Assembly: GCA_965153285.1 (NCBI GenBank)
Contig: OZ229114.1
DNA from: Podarcis tiliguerta
Taxonomy: Eukaryota
Direction: 5' to 3' (one strand)
Length of the DNA stretch: 64,000 bases
Below the pieces are notes generated by a model. The model was not told where the DNA came from, searched no databases, and saw nothing but the letters and a program-made list of their open reading frames with translations. Made by a program: the position numbers and the translations under genes. This document shows, one piece after another, positions 41,200 to 54,029 of this stretch (positions are counted from its first letter, which is position 1; every line of letters begins with the position of its first letter).

Positions 41200-41678
41200 A
41201 TCATAATTTAGAATTTGAATGGAATAATAAACTGCAGTTAATTAAAAATGGGTATCTTCCTTATGGCTGCCACAAAGAGGATGGAGGTTTCTGTGACTAA
41301 TGGACTAGTTCTTCTTCTTCTCTCTCTGTCTCCCCCCACGTCTCTGTGTCCCCTCACTTTTAGAAATTATATATTATGCTCAGGCTATGAATGATACACG
41401 GAACCATGGAACCTGTGAATATATATTTTCTATTTGTTGTAGTGTTTGAATACATCCCAAATTATTCATTTTTTAAAATAACCATATGTGTGGTTGCTTT
41501 TAATATTTTGAGTGGCTATACTAAAATACTGTGTGGTTTGTTTAGTCTACTTCATTTTCTACTTCCCTCTTTTAACAGTTCTTTGTTTCACGTTTAAAAA
41601 ACATGTCCCACCATTTAAATCAAGAAAAAATATCAATTGCAAATCACCAAACTGAAGGAGTGAACAATAAGCATTTAC

Positions 41679-41792
41679 CTGTATCAGTTCATTTATTCGA
41701 TGCAAATCATCATCAGTTGCTGCCTTTTTCTTGGGAATGATCCCTTCTTGCAGGGAGGTGAGTCGTTCATACACATCGTGCTCCAGGTTGGT
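41679..41792 (-). CDS. SAP130: SAP130 exon 20
   Basis: TNLEHDVYERLTSLQEGIIPKKKAATDDDLHRINELIQ. Confidence 0.96.
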
Positions 41793-42559
41793 CTATAAAA
41801 TATTAGAATTTGCCAAGAATACCTAACATTTTCTCACTGTTTCATATCAAGGGCTACATAAGCTATAAAAATTCCATCTGCTCATATAACTGCTTTCAAA
41901 AGATTCAGTACTATTTTTCACTGCTGACAGAACAGTGCTCCTCTTAAGGTTACAATGTCATCTTTATTGCAACTGCAGTAGGATGCTCTCTGAAATATGC
42001 TTCAAAATGAAGCAGGGCTGTCCCACTTCAGAATGAGGAAATAGGGAAACAGTAACTCCCTATTATATACAAGTAACCGTCATCCAATGCCTGTGAAAGA
42101 TATCCTTTGAGGTTCTAGTCCTCTTACCATCATCTCTTATACTTAGATCAAAACCTAGTTTCACATGCCATCAGCAGCCCCAGCACTCCTAAATTACATA
42201 CACAATGTAATGTCACATTTCCATAGTACTCCTCATGGCCTTGGGAGCTTGGTGCTAGAATACAAAGCACCTACATCACCCCAACCTGAAACAGAAGCAT
42301 CCAGGAATGTGGAACAGTGCTGCCTCCTCCAGTCAGCAGCACAATCCCAGACACTTCTTCAGATTTGTGCACCAGATGGATTTGCCAGTTTTGAGCATCT
42401 GTATAAAATGCATCAGTTCTTACGCCTGAATCAAGCCCTCCATTCATACCTGATATACATATACTCAACTGCAACCTACAACATATCCCTCAGTCTTGAA
42501 GGGAATCCAATTCCAATAGTCTTATCAATCTGGTGGTAATTTTTAAAAATAATATAAAT

Positions 42560-42614
42560 GATATGTATATATATATATGTGTGTGTCTGTATATATATAT
42601 ATATATATATATAT
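42560..42614. repeat. (TA)n/(TG)n microsatellite
   Basis: Read directly from the sequence. Confidence 0.9.
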
Positions 42615-42973
42615 GGGACGCAGGTGGCGCTGTGGGTAAAAGCCTCAGCGCCTAGGGCTTGCCGATCGAAAGGTTGGCGGTTCGAATCCCCACAGCGGGG
42701 TGCGCTCCCGTTGTTCGGTCCCAGCGCCTGCCAACCTAGTAGTTCGAAAGCACTCCCGGGTGCAAGTAGATAAATAGGGACCGCTTACTAGCGGGAAGGT
42801 AAACGGCGTTTCCGTGTGCGGCTCTGGCTCTTCAGAGCAGCAATGTCACGCTGGCCACATGACCCGGAAGTGTCTCCGGACAGCGCTGGCCCTTGGCCTC
42901 GAGTGAGATGGGCGCACAACCCTAGAGTCTGTCAAGACTGGCCCGTATGGGCAGGGGTACCTTTACCTTTACT

Positions 42974-42975
<2 letters not shown>
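42615..42975 (+). mobile_element. Sauria SINE, full length
   Basis: GGGACGCAGGTGGCGCTGTGGG head, B-box GGTTCGAATCC at 42679-42689, ACCTTT tail. Confidence 0.9.

Positions 42976-43020
<45 letters not shown>
42976..43020. repeat. (TCTA)n microsatellite
   Basis: Read directly from the sequence. Confidence 0.95.
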
Positions 43021-43130
43021 GATATAGATATAGTTTTGTATCACCTCTCAGAAAGCTTCCTGGGCTAAGGCTTTTCTTGGAGGAATCTCTTCCTCATTTT
43101 ATATGAAACTACCCCATTTCCCCCACTTAC

Positions 43131-43234
43131 CAGCTGTAATAGCTGTGCTGCGCAAAGGTGGACCTTCCACCCCTGCGCACGGCAGGATACACCTTTCTGA
43201 TTAGCGATCTCTTGCAGCATAGCCTTCTTCTCTT
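43131..43234 (-). CDS. SAP130: SAP130 exon 19
   Basis: EEKKAMLQEIANQKGVSCRAQGWKVHLCAAQLLQL. Confidence 0.96.
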
Positions 43235-43910
43235 CTAGAACAAGAGTCAAATATGAGACACAAGCAAATAATGGGTTTTTAAAAGGTGAAATGTACCTTA
43301 TTCCTTGAGTTACAAAAAGACTAAGTTTACTGCAGCAGTCATTTGTGTACCTGGTATGTGAAACCTGACCACAGATGTTGGTAGAATGCAGGAACAGGGA
43401 TCCAGGGTCAGATGTGCAATAATGCAACAGCCAAATTTTGTGATCTGAACAGGGGTGGAGTGGGGCTTGCTTTGAATCTTTGTATTCGAGTGTTGGTACA
43501 CTTAGTTTGTCTAATAGCCAGGGACTATATATGTAGAAACCCAAAAGTCAAATTCAATAAATACATAATGCAAAGTAAGCAAGTCTCCTTGCACCCACTT
43601 TTCTTGCATAATTCATTTTGCTAGTCAGACACACAGAGAGCAAGCAACTATACGGGGACTATTTCCTGTCAGCTGAGGTTCTCAATTACCTTATGTATAA
43701 CTAAACCTCAGTAACAATAGGAAAACTGATATGTATTAGCACTGCCTCTGCAGTACAAATATTACAGTGGCTTTAGATGGTGGATATGTTTCTAGGCAAT
43801 TCGCTGCACATCCTATATCAGAGGTTAAATGTTTGCAAGTAGACACCTGTCTAATATTGTAACACATCTGTTCACCGACCCATGCAAAATGTAATGACAG
43901 GAAGACATAC

Positions 43911-44036
43911 CTTTCACTCTGACATCACTATACCGCTGAAAGTGATGGTAGGCAGCTTTCCATGGGTTGCGATAGTGGCGAAGCAGTGTTATGGGCGGCC
44001 GAGGACGTACAGGCACATACCTCACACCTTCTTCAT
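43911..44036 (-). CDS. SAP130: SAP130 exon 18
   Basis: DEEGVRYVPVRPRPPITLLRHYRNPWKAAYHHFQRYSDVRVK. Confidence 0.96.
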
Positions 44037-44356
44037 CTAAAGCAAGATTGAGAAAAATAACTAAAGCCTCTTTTAAGGTGCTTGCGTTTTGAGCTAGGAA
44101 AGAAAATGTGATCCCACGATAGGGCCGGCATACTTTGAATTAGAGATTAATTCAGCTCCAACAGCTCTCCCCACCCCCCCACCCCAATAATAATCTGCCA
44201 TGAAAAACTGATCTTTGTGGGGGACAGACGGACCCAAAGTTGATCATTTTTAGCTCAAATTCCTTTTCTAGTGGCAATCTTACATTTTGGGTGGATGGGT
44301 ATTACTTGGAGAAGACGACAACCAACCAACCAATTATTTAATTTATTTCCATTCAC

Positions 44357-44605
44357 CTATATATTCTTTTGGAGGTGACTTGCGCTTCTCTGCTTTTACC
44401 AGCAAGCTTTTGGTAGTGGATTTCTCATCATCAGTGCTATTAGTCTCCATCATATCCCCTTCCTCTGTAGAGATTATGTGCTGCTGCTTTCGTGGTTTTT
44501 TCCTTGGAGAGGCACCGGGTGGCAAGTCACTTGAGGGCACTGAAAGGTTGTTGGCCAGCAGTGTAAGAGATGGGGAGACAGTATTTGTAGTCAGTGGAGG
44601 AACTG
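44357..44605 (-). CDS. SAP130: SAP130 exon 17
   Basis: AVPPLTTNTVSPSL...SPRKKPRKQQH...KRKSPPKEYI; CAGCAG tandem acceptor. Confidence 0.95.
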
Positions 44606-45189
44606 CTGAAAGAGAAGACAGGAAGGGACAAGTTTTAAGAGACTGACAGGTAAAACAAAGGCAGCTTTAGAGCCAACACCCTTGTCTTCCAAAGACTGCA
44701 AGGCTAGAGACCAGGTGCTAACTGCCAATGCAGTGCCTTTGTAAGAGGAGAACATTATGTTTTTCTAGAGTCCCTCCTCTCAAGGATCTTAGAGCTTTTA
44801 TATATACTTTCCTCCTAATTTTCTTTTGAATGGTTTGGCCTTACGTCATGAATAAGAGTGAGCAGAGCTAAGCAAACAAAGTCTTTTGTTTCAATCCTCC
44901 CTGATCTCTTTTTTTTCCTGGGATTATGGTTACTATGACAGTGTTTGGGCTCTTTCAGTTCCCAATAAAGCTGCGAGGCACTTTTAGTGCAATCGATTGG
45001 CAGTTTGTGTTTGACATGCAAACTACTACGGCAAAAGTAACTTTCAGGAAATTCCTTAACAAATTGAATTTAAGAGTGAAAGCCTTGAACAGAGACTATA
45101 AGGCTGCACAACTGTTCTCTTAGTGTTTACTACAGAGCAGAATTAAGCACTAATGCTTGATCTCTCCACAAACTTTAATAGCAAGTGTA

Positions 45190-45381
45190 CAGTGGTACTT
45201 CTGGTTACAAACGCTCCTGGTTACGAAGTAGCTGCTCCTGGTTGCGAACTTTGCCCCAGGATGCTAACGGAAATCACGTAGCAGGAACCCCATTAGTGAA
45301 AGCGCGCCTCAGTATAAGAATGGTTTCAGCTTAAGAATGGACCTCCGGAACAAATTAAGTTCATAACCAGAGGTACCACTG
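45190..45381. mobile_element. Tc1/mariner-superfamily (Tigger/pogo-like) MITE
   Basis: TIR CAGTGGTAC.TCTGGTTA / TAACCAGAGGTACCACTG flanked by TA on both sides (45188-89, 45382-83). Confidence 0.85.
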
Positions 45382-45605
45382 TATTCTTTTAGTTCTACCT
45401 GCCATTTTAACTATGCAACTCTTGTAGCTTTCAGTAACATGCTAGCTGTGGCCCTGCTCTTAATAAACTCTGACCCTCATTACTAAAATCAAACAAAATA
45501 TAATTTAAAATGAAGCTGCTAACAATCTTTCTAATTATTATCTGCTGTGGAGCTTTTGTACCTACTTTGAGCATCTCATTTGTAATTGCTTAAGCAGAAA
45601 TCTAC

Positions 45606-45964
45606 CTGAGACTGGCCGCATTATATCCATGGGTTCCACTTCCTCTTTTATTTTTATCTCTGGTACAACGGGGCCCAATACTGTAGAGAGGACGCCACCC
45701 ATGGCTGGTGGAGGTGGAGGAGCTGCCACAATTGTGGTTGAAGTCGGTGCAGCAGCAGGAACAGTTCCTGGAATGGTTGACAGGGCAGCTGTGGGCTGCG
45801 AAGGTGGACTAGCTGCTGTGATGATGGTTGGAATGGCAGCTGGTGGCTGCTGGGAAGTGGGGACTGCAATTGGAGGTTGTTCATTGCTCTGAATGGATAC
45901 TGCCTCCACAGATACAGTCACTGGAGTGGCCATAGACACATGGATTTCTGGTTTTGGCTTGGCA
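45606..45964 (-). CDS. SAP130: SAP130 exon 16
   Basis: AKPKPEIHVSMATPVTVS...PEIKIKEEVEPMDIMRPVS. Confidence 0.95.
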
Positions 45965-47006
45965 CTAAATGAAACAAAACAAAACAAAACAAAAAAGGAA
46001 AAAGTTAGCAGTTTCACTTATTCAAAATCCTACTACCATAACTGTATAGAAATGCAGAGCCTCTGAAAGATTAATTTTGTTCTGTTTTTTTTTCTTTCCA
46101 GTTTTCTAGAAACATATCTTACAATATGGTGACATCACATAAGTAGATGGAAGTCTGGGTTTCCAGAATCTAAGTAGTCCAAGCCCACCATAAATGGTGA
46201 AATACAGTCACCAAGTTTAATGCCTTTTCTTCAGAATCTTGACAATGCCATGTAAAAACATCAGAAAGCAACAAGCTTAGGGTTCCAGTGCTATATCAAA
46301 AAATGAGGTCTGAAATGAGGTTTTAGCATTATGCCTGAATCAGAACCTTTGATTTGTTTCTCCCAAAGAAATCACATTCAGGAAACCAAGAACATTGGCT
46401 TCCTGGTCATGTTTTTTCAAATGCAGAAAGGAACCAGGAGTGCTGGTTTGGACAGAATTTGACAGTAAGCCAGTCAAATTTACATGCTAAAAACTATCAA
46501 GCTAAGAATACATTTTAACAGATGATCCCCAGTACACTGGACCCCATTTTGGACAACACATTTTTGTCTGATCCACTAAGCTGCCTGCTCTGTGGTTTGT
46601 TTTCCCACTCAAAGAAGGGGAGAGAAAAACAAGGGATGCTAAAACTGTAGGCAGCATCATATGGCTCATTGGCAAGACTATCTTGCCTAACTATGGCTAT
46701 GCACAGGCTTATATCTGAACATGGCCAATATGTGCATAGCGATCTGAGAAAAAGTAATTCAATACTCTTGAAATAGCTCCCTATTTTATGTTCCCCAGGT
46801 CCTAATCTGCTTGCACAGCTCAGTGATCATCACTGAATATTTCACTGAACGCCCATTTACCCAGAAGTAAGTATGCACCAGCTGTCTCCACGGAGCTTAT
46901 TATTTTGCAATGGGTAAGAACAGCCAGCATCTCTTCCACCTTGTTTGCCAAGTTAGAATTACAATACTTTGAATGCTTTACATATCTTTTTATTATGAGA
47001 TCTTAC

Positions 47007-47111
47007 CCAGCTGGTCTTGGCGATCCAGATGCACTCCTCATAGAGCTTTCCACTCGAGCGCCAGATACCTCAGATGGCTGCGGAGGGATGAGGCTTTTCC
47101 TAACCGCCAAC
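47007..47111 (-). CDS. SAP130: SAP130 exon 15 (105-nt in-frame cassette)
   Basis: LAVRKSLIPPQPSEVSGARVESSMRSASGSPRPAG; phase 2 at both ends. Confidence 0.9.
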
Positions 47112-47499
47112 CTGCAAAATAGCCATGAATATAGTAGTTCTGAAAAGCAAAACTATTACAATAGTTGCCAAGGGTGCTTAATTTAAAAGCGGTGTACTAT
47201 TATTCTCTGCTGTATTTATCCTATATAGGCTCCAGCTGGGGGGCTGATTAGAAATGTTCGCTCCAGCAGATTAATGGAATCCAAAAGATTCCTGAATTCT
47301 CAGGGAAATTTTCCAAACAGAACAGCTGCCTCTCCTGTCAAGACCCTAGCCTTGCTGTGGAAAAGCAAGATGATATAGGCCACTGACACAATTGCACCTA
47401 GGGGCCCTCTCCAGTCCTGGTTTCCCAAGAGGCTTTGGGCAATGAAACATGTCGGAAGATGGCTAGAGCATAGATTACTTAAGATGTAAAGCGGGTTTG

Positions 47500-48065
47500 A
47501 CCAAACACAGGTGACAGAGCTCTTTCCTTGTAGGTGGTTACGAAACCACAGCTGGTGCAGAATGCTGCTGGACAGCCTGGGTCATGTAACACTAATTTCT
47601 AAGGTTCTGCACTGGCTGATTGTGAGTTACTGGGCCTGATTCAAAGATCTGCTATTAGCATATAAAGCCCTGAACAACCTGGTACCTAGTTATCTAAAAG
47701 AACAGCTCTCCCTATGCTGTCCAACTTGTGCCTTGAAGTCAGCACTGAGGCCCTGCTTATGGTCCCACTCCCATAAAATGCTAGGAGGCCGCTGACATGA
47801 GACAAGGCATTTCTGTAGCGCTCCCTGCACCGTTGACTCCAGACTATGAAAATTATTTCCTGAAGAAATACAGTTGCCCCCTACAGTGGCAAGTTTGAAA
47901 AAACTGCCTGGTCCCTGTGTTGAAGTGTTTTTACTCTTCTATTTCACTGATCGGTTACTCTGTTTTTAGTTTTGAATTTTTTAAAAAATACACACATCTC
48001 TGTTTTTGTAAGCTGCTTTGAGCTACGTACTGGAGGTAAGACAGGGTATAAGTCTTCACTAATAA
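47500..48065 (+). mobile_element. L2-clade LINE 3' fragment, degenerate
   Basis: LHWL...FK.LLLAYKALNNL.PSYLKE-like translation; ends aataaataca. Confidence 0.65.
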
Positions 48066-48413
48066 ATACATATTCCATGAGTTCTCACATGTTTTATTGG
48101 TTCTGTCATAATGCTCAGCATACGTAAGATGACCGATGAACAGAAGGCTACAGGGTTGTATCCAACAATATTGTACTGTCGGTGCAAGGACTTTCGTCTG
48201 TGCAATGAGACTTCTCCCTCTCCCACCCCTGCACACCTGGCCCAAATCTCCTACAGAGGACTGGAGAATCCACAGAAGACATGGGGGAGAGGAAATCCCG
48301 TTGCGCAGGCACAAATCCTTGCACCAACAGGATGGTTTTATTAGATATGACAGTATTTCTTGTACAGTGGCAAGCAGATTGCACATTATCAAAGCAACTG
48401 CAATTTTACTCAC

Positions 48414-48588
48414 CCATCTGTAGTAGGTTTCTTCCGGAGAATGCTTGGGCGAGGGGATGAACCCTGGGCTGGTGTACTAGAACTGGCATTCTGACTATGG
48501 GTTTGTACCACTGTAGTTGAAGCTGGAGCAGTGTTGAATGTATTGCTGATTGGATTGGCCATAATAGTGGCTCCATCTGCCAAGACCA
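48414..48588 (-). CDS. SAP130: SAP130 exon 14
   Basis: VVLADGATIMANPISN...SSPRPSILRKKPTTDG. Confidence 0.95.
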
Positions 48589-49265
48589 CTGATGGAAGGA
48601 ACAAAAAAGGTTATAGGGAGGTAGCAGACAAAAGCGAGAGAAATTTAACCAGAAGCTGTTTCTCTTAAAATAAGAAGTGGGAATGTTGTTCCATTCTATG
48701 CTTGCTCAACAAATGCCAAATTTAAGGAGACAGCCATCCAAATCATACTCAGGAGCAGAACCACTGAACTCAATAGACTTAAGTCAATCTTTTTACATTG
48801 CTCTACTAAGAGTATAACCAAAATTGGATATCAGGCTTAGTGTTTTAAAACTATCTGCTGCTCAGTTCTACAAACGTTAACTCAAGGTGTTCAATGGGGC
48901 TCTCTCAAAAATGTATACACAGGATTAAAACTCTAATTAGCCATAGCTTAAGAAAATCACCCACAAACTTGATCATATATTTTTGCTAGGAGATAGGGAA
49001 CAGCAGATACTGGTAAACAAAATAAAATGTTTAAGTGACTCTAGCAGTGTGTTTGAGTCAGAAACAGAAATGGCAGTTGTCCAGGTTAGTGACAGCCCAA
49101 ACCTATGCATTTTTAATCATAAACCCCACCAAGCTCAACAAAACTTCTAAGTAGGTGTTCATAGTAGTATTGCAGCCATAATTACATGATTAATTAAAAA
49201 GCAAACCCCAAGAGGAATAGTTATGGACAATTTTGCTCGCAACACAAGCATTCTTGGCTAGTTAC

Positions 49266-49568
49266 CTGATGTCTTGGTTTCAGTTTGTGGTTGTTGAGCA
49301 CCCATTGGTGCAGTCTGAAGACCCTGTGTGCCAATTGGGGCAGCTGGATGTAGCCCTTGGGTTCCAATTGGCGCAGACTGTATTCCTTGTGCACTGATGG
49401 GTGCTGGTTGTATACCCTGTGCACCAATTGGCGCAGACTGGATGCCCTGAATATGACGGGCGTGAGATGCATCCACTGTCATCAGCTGCATGGGATTAAG
49501 ATGAACTGTGGAGGCCACTCCTACTCCAGTCTGAGCTGCTATGGCAGAATTTGGCGCCTGAGCTGAAA
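49266..49568 (-). CDS. SAP130: SAP130 exon 13 (contains ~10-aa QGIQxAPIxx repeats)
   Basis: VSAQAPNSAIAAQTGVGVAST...QGIQSAPIGAQGIQPAPISAQGIQSAPIGT... Confidence 0.95.
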
Positions 49569-50841
49569 CTGGAAATACCAAACAATAGACTTCATTACTT
49601 CCACACAAAACAGCCAATTTATTATCTTGTGTTGCCAAGCAGCATTGTTAGATTTTGTATTTAAATGCTTGTAGTTTATGCACACATCTGTGGTCCTGCT
49701 GAAGATGCCAACAGATTAAATAAGATTCATAAGCCAGCCCTTCCAGCATTACGTTTATACAGCAGCAACACTAGCTTCATAATGCTAAAGCTGAATTATA
49801 ATAATCCTCATGAGCGCTGCTGAGGTTATATATGCAAAGAAAAAGATCCATTCCAATACTCCAAAGAAAACATATGGCCCTTTCACAGCTAGGGTCTAGC
49901 TATAACAAGTTTTCTGATTAGCTGAAGTAATTTAGAAGAGGTTATTACTGGAGATTCCAATAGTTTGGAATAGAGCAGCTGAACGCTGTAAACGTGGAGC
50001 TCATGTAATACAATGGCTGAGAACACAAAGCAGAGACTTGCCAGTTAAACTTTCACATCAACTGCCAAGCTATTAGAAGTTATTTCACATTGTCAGTCCT
50101 GGTTTGGAGAGCTTGCACAAACCACAATTTGCCAGTTTAGATTTAACAGCAAACCCCTGTTTCCAAAAACAACAGGACATCCAAGAGAAGGGTGGAAGAG
50201 GACTGTCAGGAGGATTTTTGTTATTGTTTGTAGCAGTAGCCATTGTAATACAAATCACAAGAAACAAACAAGTCAATTTGAGAGTAATTACAAAATACCA
50301 ATTTTTCAGAACAGCAAATCACCAAAACTTAAAAACTGCAGAATTCCCCAAATCATTTAGATTAAAAATTCCCCTTGGCAGTCACTATGTTTGGGGGTCA
50401 AAAAAGACCGTATGTGGTAGCCACCAAAGTAGTTCTGTTGGCACAAAGAGCTCTAGCTGTGCAATGGAATTTCCTCTCCTTCTCGGCCCCCTGTGCACCC
50501 CCCCGTATTTTCTGGGGATTCCCCCAATTCTCCTGAGCAGATTTGGGGAGGGCACAGGGAAGAGGAAAGGGAAAGGAAAACCCATTGCGAAGCCAGAAGT
50601 TTTTAGCAAAATAACTAACATCCTTTACTGATCTGCTTCGTCATTATCTTGACTTGAGCAAGCTTTGCAGAGAGGGTTTTTAAAAATTATTTAAATATTA
50701 AATTTGCCAGATAACCTTTGCTCGTTTCCCAAAGTACTTTGGAACCCCACTTTGAACTTAAAAAAGAAAAGTTTATGCAGAAAGCTCATTTATGTAGCTG
50801 CTCTAAAACTCTTCTGTAAATCAAACTTTGAGATTCCTTAC

Positions 50842-50960
50842 CAGGATATTGGCGTATAGTGGATACAGAGCTGGTAATTGGTGTGTAAGTGTGGGCAGCC
50901 AAAGGGTAAGGAGGTGGATATGTTGGTAAGAAGTACTGGAATTGAACAGGTACTGACTGT
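50842..50960 (-). CDS. SAP130: SAP130 exon 12
   Basis: QSVPVQFQYFLPTYPPPYPLAAHTYTPITSSVSTIRQYP. Confidence 0.93.
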
Positions 50961-51800
50961 CTAGAGGAATGAAGATAAATTAAATGTTAGACACAACAGT
51001 ATAATTGTAGTCTTCAAATGAACTGCAGCAGTGATTGTTAATTAACCTTTGTTGCAATGCAATCGACTGTTCTAGTTTGCTAGCTTCTTTGTGGGCCATC
51101 ACATTTACCTACTTGGAAGGATACCCAAAAAGCTTCCAAATTCAAACCCTCTTTCTATACCCTGACAATGTTGAACAGTATAATTCAATAGAGAGTAAAC
51201 AGAAGAAGTGAAGTGAAAGGGTTTCTACATTTGCACGTACTTCATGTCACTATGTAGTCTGTTTGTATAACATGTATATACACCTGACACTATTTCCACT
51301 TCCTAACAATGCAGCTCCTTTCCCTTCATGTACAGCTGCCCTGAAATGCAGGAGTTGAATTTGACATGCAGCATTATTTGCTCCTCAGGAACCTGACAAT
51401 TCCCTGAATCCACACCCTTTTAAACAAACTGTAGAATTTGAAGCGCACTGTCCATAACTCACAGAACTGGAGGCAGAAATGTGGCTTGGTTACCTAGATG
51501 CCTTTTCAGCCAGATTGGTTCAAATCAATCCAAAATCACAAGCCCTTCTTTCATCAGAAATATGCAAAGCCTTAGCTGGCGCAATCCTATGCACATCTAT
51601 TCAGAAACTAATCTCACCAAGTTCAATTGGGCTTACTCTCAGATATGTGTGCGCATAGGATTAGCTTTGGATACTTAAGTTAACTGAGAGATCAAAACAC
51701 ATTTCATTATATTTTTGCAGATGTCCTCATGTATAACATACATGCAATATAACCAAGATGATTAAGTACCTATCCTATGTGAGTAAATTCATTCAGTTAC

Positions 51801-51942
51801 CTGTTATCATTTCTAGCTTCCATGGCAACTGGGTTTGGAGATGCCCGGTGCCCAGATATAGGAATGAGATTACTCCTCTCTGCAGTGTAATCAGACTGGA
51901 TGCGAGGGGAAGTGTGCGTAATTTGCTGTGGGACTACTTTAG
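51801..51942 (-). CDS. SAP130: SAP130 exon 11
   Basis: AKVVPQQITHTSPRIQSDYTAERSNLIPISGHRASPNPVAMEARNDNR. Confidence 0.93.
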
Positions 51943-52423
51943 CTGTACAGTGAAAAAAGACATCCCAGTTATTCACAAAGTAAACTGTAGTAGATTCATA
52001 TTAGGAAACAGATACTGATTGTTCCTTTGCTGGAGCAAGATGCACTCCCAACCTCCATTCAGCTGATGGGTAGTAGGAGCATGGCTTGTTCAAGCAGGGG
52101 AACCTGCTTCTCCTACCCAGCACTACTGTTGGAAGCCACCCAGTGTGGCTACTTTTCACCTTTAACAGGACGGGTGGAAAGGAGCAGCGCAGGGAGGGTT
52201 GCAAAGCACAGGGCTGACAACACCCGTTGTGCTGTAGTTCTCAAGCTTGGAAACCCCACACAAGGGGCTTCAACAGGTAGGTGGGACCAGACACCTGTCA
52301 AAGTTACCCTGTGGGAAGCAAAGAAGTTTCCTCACCCCTGATGTGCCTAGTCCATTCTGTCCCCAGCAGAAAATAAAATGATAGATCAAAGGACAATGAA
52401 GCTCAGAACTAATGCTCTCTTAC

Positions 52424-52528
52424 CGACGGGGATGTTTGAGGTGGTCACAGCCGTTGCATGGGAGGAGTGTGAGGGCATAGTCACTGTGACAATTGTACTT
52501 GTTGGTGCTTGGGTGTGGGATACAGAAC
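52424..52528 (-). CDS. SAP130: SAP130 exon 10
   Basis: GSVSHTQAPTSTIVTVTMPSHSSHATAVTTSNIPV. Confidence 0.93.
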
Positions 52529-52800
52529 CTGAAAGGAAGAAAGGTGCACACACAATTAAACATTCTTCAGAGTCTGTGCCTTTGACAGAAAATGTATATC
52601 ACAAATATATGGAAACTTCTAAGCTGGGAAATTTCTGTTGCTCCTTGTAGAACAGTTAGACCCCTAGCCTGCTCCTGCAGTAACTGGGGTAGTGTTTTCC
52701 ATGTGCGCCTAGCCTCCAAAATCACATGTTAAAATCATACACTAATTTTATTGTGCCACCCAATAATTATGAGAAATAAAGGGCTTTTTTTAAGCAAGAT

Positions 52801-53159
52801 AAAGGTAAAGGTACTCCTGACCATTAGGTCCAGTCGCGGACGACACTGGGGTTGCGGCGCACATCTCGCTCTATAGGCTGAGGGAGCTGGCGTTTGTCTG
52901 CAGACAGCTTCCGGGTCATGTGGCCAGCATGACTAAGCCGCTTCTGGTGAACCAGAGCAGTGCACGGAAACACCGTTTACCTTCATGCCGGAGCGGTACC
53001 TATTTATCTACTTGCACTTGACATGCTTTTGAACTGCTACGTGGGCAAAAGCTGGGACCGAGCAATGGGAGCTCACCCCGTCGCGGGGATTCGAACCACC
53101 AACCTTCTGATTGGCAAGCCCAAGGCTCTGTGGTTTAGACCACAGCGCCACCCGTGTCC
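52801..53159 (-). mobile_element. Sauria SINE, full length, older subfamily
   Basis: Head ggacacgggtggcgctgtgg, B-box, ACCTTT tail; degenerate TSD tt(a)agca(a/g)gata. Confidence 0.88.
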
Positions 53160-53234
53160 TTTAGCAGGATACTTCAACCCTAATAACTGGCTTTTGTATT
53201 TGTACATAAAAAATGCTGAGCTGTAGATACTCAC

Positions 53235-53325
53235 CAGCTGTAGTTGCCGAAGGAATGGTATTGGTTGCTAAAATAGGGGCCACAGTTGCTGCTGCCACTG
53301 GAGCACCAGTACTAAATATTGTTTT
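53235..53325 (-). CDS. SAP130: SAP130 exon 9
   Basis: KTIFSTGAPVAAATVAPILATNTIPSATTA. Confidence 0.93.
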
Positions 53326-53878
53326 CTGCAGGGGGGAAAAAGTTGTCTGTCAAGAAACCATGATTGGCACATTTCGGAATCTTGGAACAGAGATGGCACT
53401 TCCCCCGATCTGATGCTTTACAGAGGAGCTGGAGTAGATGGGCTCCCATTGTTGGTCTAAGTGACCAGCTCACGAGAGTCCACAAGCTAGCTAGACTATC
53501 AGCCACAGCACAGCAGGGTGCCATGAACCAACAGGGCTTTTTAAGCCTCTTACAGCAGCACCAGAGGACTGAGCAAAAGAAAGATGCTAGGTATATCAAA
53601 CACCAAGTAGAGAAGCAGCAACCTAGAAGAGGAAAGGAAGGCTAGACTTGCTTGGCAGATTAAAGAAAGCAAGGAGGCAGACTGTGTTCCCGAAAGGAAA
53701 GAAGCTCCAGACTTAGGAATGGAGGATTGTGGGTTGGAAGTTTCCCTCCCGCTGTCCAGGCCAACAATATGTTTCATGCCATGTCATGAAACCTCATTCA
53801 ACTATCTTATAAAACCATATGGTAAAAGTCAGACAACAACATGGAAGAAACTGTGCTGATCGTGCTTATAATATTTAC

Positions 53879-54029
53879 CTGAGCCATGGTGTGAAGCTGC
53901 TGTTTCTGTGTTCCTATGGCTGGATGGGACGGCAGGGTAATTCTGGTTGCTGTATCCCGTGGCTGTGCAGGGCGCTGAATACTGATAGGTGCAGAAGGTG
54001 GGTGCTGCTGAATTGACAATGTTGGCCGG
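53879..54029 (-). CDS. SAP130: SAP130 exon 8
   Basis: RPTLSIQQHPPSAPISIQRPAQPRDTATRITLPSHPAIGTQKQQLHTMAQ. Confidence 0.94.

Noticed and set aside
42615-42700. tRNA gene-like A/B boxes
   Set aside because: SINE head with no cloverleaf
49290-49450. 30-bp tandem repeats resembling an array
   Set aside because: Coding QGIQxAPI repeats of SAP130 exon 13, as in the human protein; not CRISPR or satellite
50104-50631. 175-aa plus-strand ORF with a hydrophobic stretch
   Set aside because: Antisense within a SAP130 intron, non-ATG start, repeat-like sequence, no homology recognised
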